Of a DNA stretch of 64,000 nucleotides, positions 13,305 through 25,755 are shown in pieces. The stretch is from Paragordius varius (Eukaryota; Animalia; Nematomorpha). Within the stretch, counting starts at the first letter, position 1, and each line of letters starts with the position of its first letter. The notes beneath the pieces were generated by a model, which worked only from the letters and a program-made list of their open reading frames with translations, was not told the origin of the DNA and did not search any database. The DNA lies in the NCBI GenBank assembly GCA_964247055.1, contig OZ176053.1:2480001-2544000 (forward strand), given 5' to 3'. Made by a program: the position numbers and the translations under genes.

Positions 13305-13868
13305 TTAAGACTTTGATTCAATTTGGGGTACCAAAATATCTCCAAACTAAATTCGAGTTAAGATAATTAATTAAAAACTACTGAAGAAAACGCTCTCATA
13401 ATTTTTGTTTCTATCTTTATAAAAATATAAATATGCCAAAATATCTAAATGAAATTATGTTTTTTAAAAAAAAATTAATGTCAAACTACTTTGCCGCCAT
13501 TTTTATTTTCCAAAATTTTTGCAAATTATCGTCTTCATTTAATTTTAAGGGTAGAATTAGAGCTAATTTTTTATTTAAATTATATCTAACATTGATAGAA
13601 ACAGAAAAATCGGTTTGTTTTGTATTATTTTTCAATTTTATTATTGCACACATGTCACGTGAACTAAACTTTTTTTAGGTTTTAACTTAAAAAAGTATTT
13701 TTTAATAATTTTTTTTATATATTTCGGTTTATTAATGTCAAAATTTTTTGCCATGGTTTCGATTCCTCCCATATTTTTTAATGATTTTAATTTAAACAGG
13801 CCTGGGGTATTTAACTACCCAAATTTGAATCGAAGGACTAAAATGAATGTGTTGTATCCAAGTGTTAA
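13305..13868 (-). mobile_element. MITE family A, reverse copy
   Basis: Ends ...GAAGGACTAAAATGAATGTGTTGTATCCAAGTGTTAA; the degenerate opposite end is TTAAGACTTTGATTCAATTTGGGGTA. Confidence 0.85.
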
Positions 13869-14397
13869 TACCTACGCATATATTGATAGCTACTCTTTAA
13901 ACTTTTATATAAATTATCAAATATTGTTTTGTTATGCTAAATATGAAGCTTACTATCTAACTTATATACTATGGGGTGGTGAGAAATCTGAAATATTATA
14001 GTGCATTAGATTTTGGGTATGGCGAATAAAGAAAATCATTTTTACTATTATGATAGCTGTTTTAGACCCCAAAATTTCTACCTATTAACTAATTATATTT
14101 TTTTTAGTGAAATCTAAAATATTCGTTCTTAATACAATTATCTTAAATTTTAGAGGTGGGCGTTGAAATTCTCAAGTTATGCATAAAGGTATATCAGCTC
14201 TTAAAATAAAGGGGAGAAAATATTTGGATAAATGATATATGCTAAACCAAGGGGAAAATTTCGGAAAACATATGTATTTTTAAATTATAGAAATATTTTT
14301 GTAAAGCGAATCTGGTATGAAGCAAGGTAAAAACAGTATAAAAGCACTTTCAAACATTCCACCACATCCTAAATCAGTAGCTAAAACAAATAACCTG

Positions 14398-14433
<36 letters not shown>

Positions 14434-14661
14434 TGAGAGAAATATGTTTCAGGATTATAATGCTTTTGGTTTTAGCCCTTACGTATGAGAGATGAATATA
14501 TCTTTTGTATAAGTGTTCTGCATCAGAAAATTCCAAAATTTGCCCACATTCTTTAAAAAAAATTTTCGCGAAAGCTTTAAGCAAAGCAATGATTTTAAGA
14601 AATTTAATTTTAGACGTAGGCTCCAAAAGTTCTTTATTTTCAGTCTTCTAAAAAAGCTATG

Positions 14662-15169
14662 TTAACACTTGAATAAAACACATTCACATCCCTCCTTCGT
14701 AAATTGGGGTAGTTGGATAACCCCGGACTGTTCATTTAATATTTAGAAACCATGGAAGGAATTAAAATTAGAGCAAATCACACATATAGCATTAATGAAC
14801 TTAAATATAAAAATAATCATTAAATCTTGATATTACTATATTAAGTACCCATAGGAAAAATTTAGACTTGAGTGCATTATCTAAACTTAATAATATTGGA
14901 AAACTATTTGTATTTCTGTCAATGTTAAATGTGAAAATAAAAAATTAGCTTGAAATGTAGCTTTAAAAATTAAACTCAATATTTTGCAAAAAATGGCCTC
15001 AAGGTTTGATATGGAATTTTTTTCAAAGCAAATTTTTAGACGTTTCAGCTATTTATATATTATTAGGAGAAGAGTAAATATGAAATTGGGACCGTTTCGT
15101 TTAGTAGTTTTTAAAATATATCAGTTTAAATATAGTCTATAAGGATCCAATTATAAATCAAAGAGTTAA
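14662..15169 (+). mobile_element. MITE family A, diverged copy nested in a family C element
   Basis: TTAACACTTGAATAAAACAC left end and ATCAAAGAGTTAA right end; family C sequence lies on both sides. Confidence 0.72.
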
Positions 15170-17072
15170 AATTAAGGCCTAGATTTCACGGTAAAAATTT
15201 TAAATATGACATTTAAAAATTATTTAAAATGCATATAAAAATTTAATTTTTAACAAAATTTGAAGCGTCTTCATACTATTTTGGTATGATGGAAAATATA
15301 TAAAAACGGTTTTAGGTATTAACGCGTTTGGGTTATATGAAAACACTTTATCTTTATAATGTGAAGATGCTGAACATTTCTATCCCTTCGAATTTTTAAA
15401 TTAAAGATTCGGCTTCGTTGAATTTTTGTAGAAAAAGACAATTAACATATATTTGATGAAACAATAAATTTAATCACATTAAATCATATAAAAAAGTGTT
15501 TTAATATCGAAAAGCGTTTTAATACCGAAATACTTTAAATATGCTTCAGCAAAATTTTGCAAATATTAAATTTTTGCCTCCATTTATAATAAATTTGGAA
15601 CGATGTTAAAATTAAGCATATTTTAAAACTTTTTAGCGCAAATTTTTCCGTTACTTTTGATAAAACTAGCGCCCATAGAAAAGAAAAATTTGGGACTTTC
15701 GGAGCCCTCATCAAATTTTTTTATAATTGTAGTTTGGCAGTTTATGATAATATTTACTGATATTTTTTGGAATGAAGCATGTCACGTTCAAAAAATTGAT
15801 TTAAAAATTTGCGCAAATTCACCATTTTTTGACACTGAGGAATTATCACAAAAGTGCTAACAACTTACTTGTATTCCTAAGGCCCGCGAAAAGCATCATG
15901 ATAATTCTGTTACATTTCTTATTATTATACATATTTGAACTTGTTTTTTTCAGACACTGCATTATAAATTCGATAATTATGACCATTTTCAACAGTTTAG
16001 AATTTTAATTTTATTTTCTTGATCCTAAATTTTAGGTGAATTCATGAAAAATTTATACTTTACTTAAGCAATTTGAAACAAACTACTGATATAATAATTA
16101 CGAAAATTCAGCCTAATCGATTTTTATAGAAAAGCTTTATATCTTTAGATTATAACGTTTTCATCATGCTTAAAATGGTATATAGCTTAAACAAAAGTTT
16201 GTTAAGATCATTTTTTTGAAGCAAGTATGGATTTTTAATTCCGCCTTATGGGGTAGTTTCATATCCTAAAACTCTCACAAATATTTAAACAAGCATTTAA
16301 AGTATTAACACAAATATAAAAATGGACTTTCATTAGCCCTTTAAGCGCAATATACAAAAAATATCTTTTAAAAAATTTAAAAGAATGCTTATATCAAACT
16401 TTTTTGCCGCCATTTTTTGTTATTTTTTTATATCGCCAATGCAACAGGCAAATATTCTAATATAATGGAATGTAGATAATTTCCTTTAGTAACTTTTCAC
16501 GCTTTATTTTACCAGCAAAAATTTGATATATTTTAATTATTAGATGATCGCTTTAATCATGCTTAGTTGTCCCAGTTTTATGAGACATAAAATTTAAAAT
16601 ATTAACTATTTTCATTTTAACTAAAATAACCCTTAAACAGTAGTTTACATTGAGCTCTGGGATATAAAACTACCCAAAATGCCGTGGATATAAAAGTAAA
16701 ACGTCATTACATATAAATAGGATATTTAATGTTATCTGGCATATATATATAAGGTTTTTCACGGCGAATATTAGTATAATTGCGTTTATTCAGTTCCGTA
16801 CAATGTCATTCTATTGTACGCGATGACATTTTGTCGTAGTTTTCCATCGCATAGCTTAAAGCAGTAAACAAATTACTATTCTAAATTGTTTTGTAAGAAG
16901 TCATAGTATTAATTTATATGTGTAATAATTTTATAACCATGATCGTCTAAAGTTTTTATAATTAACGTTTTAAGGCGCATTTTTATAGAATAATTCAGAA
17001 GCTTATAGGATCGAAAATTTTACATTTATCGTATGTTTCCGAGTGTGAATTAACTGCCATATGTTTGTGTAA

Positions 17073-20000
17073 ATGGGTTTTAAAAAATATTGCTGTCATT
17101 GCGGGCCCTTTAAACCTAGATACCAGAGGTTGGTTGATAATATATTTCCTTCTGATCCAAATGATGGATTAGTCCGAAGCAACATGGAAAAATTAACCTT
17201 TTTCGCTTTATCATCGCCTGAAAAACTAGATCGTATAGGAGAATATTTGGCTAAGAAGTATTCGAAATGACTTTTTTTTAATGTTTGTTTATTTTTTGTA
17301 GAAAACTTTATAATGACACATATAATTTTTTCCCGTTTTAACAATTTTTTCTGATTTTTTAAACTTCATTTCTCTATATTTTACAGCACCTCAAAGTTCT
17401 TAATGTACTTCGAAAGAATATTTTTTTAAATTTTATCTCTAGGTTAACAAGAGATATTGCTCGCCGTAGATATGGAAGAATATTTATTGCAATGGATGCC
17501 TTAGATCAATTGTTAGTGGCTTGTCATGCACAAACGCTAAATGTTTTCGTTGAAAGTTTCTTGAAAATGGTACAAAAACTGCTCGAATGTGATGAACCTG
17601 ATCTTAATATATTAGCTACCAATTCATTTGTAAAATTCTCAAACATTGAGGAGGATGCACCCTCGTATCACAGAAGGTACTCCTCTTGAAATGTCAAACA
17701 ATATTTTATTAATAGGAAATATTCCATAAATTTTAGTTGCCAATAATTGAAACATTATAATAGATTAATTCACGTATTAAATTTATTTTTTGCCGTTCTT
17801 ATGACGATCCAGTGTCCAAAATTAATTATATAATATCAATTTATATATATATATATATATATAAAATTGGGTGTATTATCAATTTACATCTTTAATCCCC
17901 ATTTAACAGGTCAAGACAATATATTATTTTTGTAAAAAAATCCATAGATATTAATAATGTTTCGATAATATGTATTTTAGTTTTGTCTGTAAATTATTCT
18001 TTATATTTTGCAGATATGACTTTTTCATCAGCAAATTTGCTTCAATGTGCCATAGTAATATACCTGACCTCAGAGCACGCTCTAAAATACGGAAGTCTGG
18101 TTTAAAGGGAATCCACGCAGTTATTAGAAAAACTGTCAGCGATGATTTACAGGTCTGATATGAATAAAGATAAAACGTAAAGAAGGAGAAATAATTTTGC
18201 TAAACTATGACTACCGTCTTATTTTCAAACCTAAATTTTTTTCACTATAACATTTATCTCATTAAAAATGGGAAATATATGATAAGATGTGTTATTAATT
18301 TACAATTTGTTATATTGCTATCCGAAACGATAGATATTCAAAAAATAAAGGTTGTTTATGAGCCATAATCAAAAATACTTATTCATTTCATAATATTAAT
18401 CGAATACATTTGTTTAGTATATGTTGAGTAATAAATTTTTATTCCTCAAAAGATGATACATTCAAATATAATATATATTTTGAAAAAAAAAATTTATTAA
18501 TATATTTTGTATGCTATTATTTTATCGATAACATCAATTTTATTCCCGATTTTTTGCTTATTTTTAAAAATTATTTTAAAACTATGCCCATATTAGCCCA
18601 ATTATTTGATTTGATTTTTTTTCAATCTTATTATAATTTACAGTGTCGTTTTTAAATCTTATAGGTTAATATCTATGAACCGGAACATATGAAAAAAATT
18701 ATTCCATCCATCCTGTATAATATGCACGATCCTGATCTAATAAAATCCCCAGTGCATTCTGATACTACGAAGGGTCAAGAATTTAATACTAATTCCCACG
18801 ATAAACTAATCAGTGCAAGGAATGGTATATCTAATTTAAGCAATAGTGAATTAGATACTAGTCAAACAACTAAGGACACCCGCTTGTTGTGTAATTAATT
18901 TTATATGATTTTTAACATTTGAGGCTAGATAAGGGATTGAATGATTTTTTTTAATAGAAATATGGGTTTAATTGGAAAAATTGAAATATTTAGCTGTTTT
19001 AGATGACAATTTTTATACTTTATTATATATTAAAGTACAACAATATTATGTTTTATCACAATACGCTTAAAATATATTTAGCGTAAATTTGTGAAAATTT
19101 TTTAAAATAATGGTTTATGGATGGACTTTCTATAGATTTTATAAGCTGAAGTGTTTATGCGATATTTAAATTATATGTTGTGCCAAGTTGCCTAAATAAT
19201 CATAAAATTATGTGATTCAAACTAAAATTATGTAGCATTTGTGTTAATTAAGATCTGGTTTTCTTAAAACTCTTTTAAACTTCAAATAGTTATAAATATA
19301 ACTTAACCGCATATAAAATTTTTCTTTTCTTAAAAACTTGACAAAATTTGGAAAACTAACCATTATAATTAATTAAGCCAAATATATAAATTTTTCGACG
19401 ATCTTAATCCAATTTTTCAATTATGTTTTCAGTTCTACCCATTATAATGATATTCTTTTGCAAACTTTTTTGACTTTTCAACATTTTCCCACCACACGTA
19501 TGTACAAACTCATAAATTTACTTTTATTTCGGGTGGTTATTCAATTTCAATGATTCGAATGTTACCCCCGTATTTTTAGTATTCTTTGTTAAATTTGGAT
19601 TGGGGCAGGTCTGTCTATATTTCGTTTTTTGGGTAAGTTAGGATTAGCCTTTTTATGATAAAACACTACCACACTAAACGTCCTTTTAATTCAGTCACTA
19701 TAATCTAATTTTAAAATATACGCCAAAAATTTTACTATTTTTTAAAATAAATTTTACATTTCTAACATTGTTTTTGGAACCGCAACCGTGTTTCGATTTA
19801 ATAAAGATTTTTTGTTTCTTATTGTATGGTTTCATTCTTTTAAAGTCAATTGGTTCTAATTCTGAACTTTAAAATTATGATATAGCATATTATTACCATA
19901 CAATTTAAAATGTTAGACAATTATAAACTATAAAATTTGATGCTTTATTTTTCTGAAAAAGTAAAAAACATGATACTCTAATTAAATGCAAAAAAGTAAA

Positions 20001-22490
20001 AATGTTTGTAACAAAAAATTTTTAATATTGGACGATAAATTTTAAAATATTTAAAAAAAATCAGTTTAGGTTGGTTTTTTTGTTCTAAAATGCTTTCAAA
20101 AAAGCGAATGTAGTTCCGGTTTTAATTTATTTTTCCATCTTTATGTTCAATGTATGCATTAATTAACGAAAATAAGTATACATTTTTATTAAACTTTGTG
20201 AATAATCCGCGATATATGGAATGAGCTTTTATGAAAGAGGGATGGATATTTGATCCAAAAATTTGTTTTTTAACTATAATTGGAGCACTTAGAAATTTAT
20301 ATATTTCTTTTTTATCTATAATGAGTTTCATATATTTTCAAATATGCCTTAAAATAATTTTTATCATAAACTACACTTTTTTATGGGATAAGAACCTTTT
20401 TTTAACATAAAAAGGCAATGAAATCTAAGTATATCAAGTAATATCACCGCCATCTCTATATTGGTTTAAATTTTCATAAATATATCTTAACAGTAATTTT
20501 TACACTCGTTTAACCAATTATTCCAATACTAATTTTTTATGTTTTAAAGATCCATATATATATATATTATATTATATTTAGCACCTATTAAAGATGTAAA
20601 GGAATCAGGTTTGCTTCGAGAAAAACAAAAATTATTGGATTTTAATCACACCAACACTCACAATGGTGGTGGCCATCGAATGCATAGAAAAGAAAAAATT
20701 TCTGACCTGGCTGAAACTTGTTTAAGGGAGCTCATATCTAAAGCTTCATTTGCCACATTAAAAGTTTGTTTTGTGATTAATTATTTTGTTTTAAATGTTA
20801 TTAAATGCTGTTAGTTTGATTTTTTAAGCTGTTTTTTATAAATTTATATATATTTGTATATATATATATATATATATATTACCATATAAGTAATAAATTG
20901 GGTCATTATTTAGTTGTACATTGCTTTAATTATATTAATGCATATATAGTAATTTTTTAAACACTACGTAAAAGATAAATTTTTAATTAAAAAGACAACC
21001 ATACCTTTTTTAAACCGTTATATTTCGAGGGTAATATATTGTTTTGGTTCACATAATAAAGAAAATCAATTTGGTAAACTATAATTATGTCTTCGTTATC
21101 GTATAAAGGTTATATGAAAAACTAAGAGTAGAAAAATAAGGTGTTCTTTATATGTAATGAATTTTTCTTTGAGTGTTTTAAACGTTCTGTCTGCTTTTTA
21201 TATATTTAAATTACTGTATTATTTATAAGAATAAGAGATAATATAAAAGTTACAGTAAGCAAATGTTGGTCAATTCACATTATGGTATAATATTAAACAC
21301 TTATTTTGGCCATAATAATTAGTTAAAAATTTAATGTTGTAAGGTAAGATAGGGAAAAATTGGAATTTTAATCCGATTCTTGCTTTTTCCAAAATTGGCC
21401 CATGTTTAATTTGCTATTATAGAGTGTTTTACAACCGTTAATGGAACATTTTGATTACCATAAGCTTTGGAGTGCATATCCTTCCGATAGTTTTGTCACA
21501 TATGTCCTTCAACTCATAATGTATTGTGTTAAACCACAATACACGCATCTCGTCATTGATATGTTACTTATGCACCTCAATGAACACGAGTAAGTATAAA
21601 AATGTTTTAAGTTTTTATAGTTTTTGATGAATATTTTTGTATTTTTTATTATCAGGAAAAAAAACAATATAACGATAGCTAAATTTAGGAATGAAAACGA
21701 AACTAGAACTCAAAAAGTTTATTGAATATTTTTTTTCCAATAAACGATTTTGTGGCAATTTTTTTTCAATTTAGCTATAATGACATTATTACGCTTTTAC
21801 AAACAATTTTTCGATCATTGTTTACCTTAAAATAATGATTAAAAATTTGATTTGAACCCTTTAAACCATAATTTTTGATATAGGTTACTTTTTTAAGTTA
21901 GCGATATTAATATTTTAAAAAAAATGTGTTAGTTATATCATATTCACAAATTAAGTCACATATTTGACAATAACCTTATACGCTTTATATTTATCCCTAA
22001 TGTAAATCAGAAAAGTTTTTTGTCAAAGTTTTAATTTTTAACTAATATATACCATTTACAATTCAAATTCACCCTTGAACAATTTATCGGGCCAATATAA
22101 CTTATCATTAATATGAAATATATCTTAATGGCATATTATTTTTTCAGTATTATTTTAATTTTAAACAAAATTTTATTTTTTATTAAAAATAATAAGTAGT
22201 TTTTAATCTTAAAAAACATTTAATTTATTTTAGGGTGAATTTGAATTGTTCGAGGGTGAATTTGAATTATTCTAGGGTGAATTTGAACTCTAAATGGTAT
22301 ATAAGGACTATTCTTCTTTATCTCACATTACATATAATTTAACTTTTTATGGAGATTAATGGAAACATACAAAATTGCAACTCTCGATGTTTTTTCTAAT
22401 AAACCAATCTTTCAACTTTGTTTTAATATTTTCTAATTTTTAATTTATCAAATATTTATATTTTACAAAACTTGTTAAATTAAAGTTTAT

Positions 22491-22521
<31 letters not shown>

Positions 22522-23183
22522 CATTTACAATTCAATTTCACCCTCAAACAATTCAAATTCACCCTTGAACAATTCAAAATCACCCTTAAACAATTCAAAT
22601 TCACCCTTAAACAATTCAAATTCACCCCTAACTAAAATATATGTTTTTTAAGATTAAAAATATCTATTTTATATATTTTTCAAAAATAAAAATTTTGTTT
22701 TGAATTAAAATAATACTGAAAAAAATAATAAACTATACCATAAACATATATTTCATATTAATAATGAGTTATATTAGTTCGAAAACACATAATTTATTTT
22801 TAGGGTGAATTTGAATTGTTCGAGGGTGAATTTGAATTGTTCAAGGGTGAATTTGAACTGTAAATGGTATATATTTGCGTAACATTAGGGATGATCCTTT
22901 CTTAAGAGCAAACATTATGAATGCCATCTCTCAAATCATTAATATGGCTACCTTGTCATCCATTGGTCCCTCCATCCATCAATGGTTCAACAAAATGTTC
23001 AAAGATTTAAAACAATCCGTTCAATTAAATATAACGAATGAGGTTCTTTTTTAAGATGTTTGCAAAGAATGAAGAATTTTTATTGGTATTTTGAAGTTTT
23101 AAAATTAAGAATTTCTGGCTAATATTAAAAACCGTAAGAATGTTGGTATTTTAAAAAATCTTTATATATTTAATAAAAATGGT

Positions 23184-23221
<38 letters not shown>

Positions 23222-25724
23222 GTTTACAATTCAAATTCACCCTTGAACAATTCAAATTCATTCTCGAACAATTCATATTCACCTTAAAAATAAATTATGT
23301 GTTTTCGGGATAATATATCATTAATATGAAATATATTTTTACGACATAGTTTGTTTTTTCCAGCATTACATTAGTTTTAAAAACAAATTTCATATTTTAA
23401 AAATATTATAAAATAAAGGTGATTTTTAATCTTTAAAAATACGTAATTTAGTTTTAGGGTGGAAATGTGCGAGGGTGAATTTAAATTGATGAATTTTATA
23501 TATGGTGAAATTTATATTGCTTTTACGCGTTGTTACTGTCTTATCCAGGGGTGACCAACATATATTTTCGCGGGCCACATTTGTTTAACAAATTTTTTAT
23601 AGATTTTGTCCATAAGACTGTTAACATTTTTACTAGTTCTTTGCCGAATTTCGGAAAGATTTATCGAATAAAATTGGCCAAGAAAATAAATTTTACATAG
23701 ATTTTATATATAATTCGTGGGCTGTGTTGGACACGCCTGGTGTAATCGTTTTAAACAAAATCTTTTTTTTTCCCTTATAAAACTATAGGACAAACAAAAA
23801 GGTGAAAATTTGTTTCAACAAGCAATTATACATACAATGGGAGAATTTGCTACCAATCTACCGGATTATCAAAAAATTCAAGTCATGATATTTATTATGA
23901 ATCAAGTCCCACCCCCTGACTCTTATGATAAGAGGGATCTTATGTTGTTTCGACCTACGGAAAATATTACTAGGTTATTTTTTTGGAGAAAATATTTTTG
24001 ACAAATCTTTAATTAAAATGCGAAAAAAATTTAATTTTAGTATGAAAATTTGGTAATTTTTTAAAAAAAGCGTAATTTTTGATTGCTACATATTACATAA
24101 TTATAAGTTTTTGCTACATTAAAAGTAGTTTTTAATGACTTTTAAAAATAAATTAAACAATGTGCGAAAATTTTATTTAATTATTTCCTAGACTAATTTT
24201 AATTTTTTGGCGGAAAGGGGGGCCGTTATTAAAAAAACTAAATATTTTTTATCAATTTTTGCTAATATATATTATTTAATTACTTTTAGTAATAATGTTA
24301 TCGACAATACAATAAATGATCATAGAAAATCTTCCAGTATTGACAATAAGGATCCCAAAATATCTTTACCAATTAGTAAGGGGCTTTATCTTTTGATTTT
24401 TCATTACAAGAATGACTTATTATTTTGATTTTTTTTCAAACACAGTTTATATAACATAATATTTTATATTTTTATTATACCGTATATATATAAAAACTTA
24501 TTTAAAATGGTTTAATTTATATTAATTTATTTACGACATAGTTCGATACAATAGTTAGTTTTTTTGAAAAATGTAAAAATATCGCGTTATATATATTTTT
24601 TAATAGCTCATTTTGCCAAATTATAATTACAATTTACGTCCTTTTTTATTTCAATCATTTCCTCAATACATTTATTTTAGCCGGTGGGAATAAGCCTAAG
24701 GTAGAAACACGAATTACACAAGATACCAAAGGGCGTTTCAAAACAGAAATTCTGGATGAAACTAAATTATCATTTCCTTCAAAGTTTTGTATTATTTTTA
24801 CTTTTTTTTATTACAAAAAATTTTACATTAGAAAAATAAATTGAAATTATATGCAGATAAAATGTAAAAACATAAAGACAAATCTTTTTTTTTCAAAAGA
24901 TTGGTCGCTGTAAAGGTTTAAACTTGATTTTTTATAGATACATAACTTATTGTTTTATTTTGCAAAGTATGAATTTAGACATGTAAAATGGTAATACAAT
25001 TATTTATATATATATTTTAAAATTTTTATTAAAAAATATGGGATAAATCAAAGTTCTTAAGAAATATATAGTTGTCTTTTGAAAAAAAACATTTTTTCTT
25101 ACATTGTGTCTATATAATTTTTATTTTTACCATAAATCTTTGTAAAATTTAAAATTATTATCCATGTATTTGGCTCGGAATTTATAAACTTATTGGTATT
25201 CGAAGTAAAAAATTTACCTGTTAGGAAATATTTTATCCCCTTTAAAATTCATTTTTTTGTATTTTAGCACTGTACCATCAGAGACGCCACAAAATGTTCA
25301 AAACACCGATCTGGATGATTATGTCGTAAAAATAGTTGGTCCAAAATTATCAGTTTCCTCAGGTAAGTATGATAATTTTAAATACTAAGTTTCAAAATTT
25401 TTGATACACTTTTAATTTTGATTTACCACATTAACTAAAGATAGACTTTTAAACAGCATTTTATGGCGACTATTTTTGTCATTTAATATTAGGGTGTCCA
25501 ACAATCTTTGTTCGGTAAGCAAAAGTGTAAAAACCAAAAAAATGCATTTTAATCAATAATTTATGATTATTAGAAGATATATCATCCTAAATTGGGCTTA
25601 AAATAAATAAATAAAACAAAATATACCAAAGTAATCCGGTAAGATATTTATGTTGAAAACTCCTTGTTTTAATGATTTTTTGGTTGTTTAATTTTTAAAT
25701 AATTATAACACGTTTTTTTCATAG

Positions 25725-25755
<31 letters not shown>

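Noticed and set aside
17096-17344. 82-aa ORF on the - strand, and similar short ORFs over EFR3/ANKRD13 exons (34584, 36949, 52259, 53364)
   Set aside because: Antisense or alternative-frame shadows of real exons.
22530-22630. 21-bp direct repeat arrays (also 7670-7770, 25850-25940) resembling a CRISPR array
   Set aside because: The units are contiguous with no unique spacers, occur as inverted pairs inside MITE ends, and the context is eukaryotic with no cas genes.
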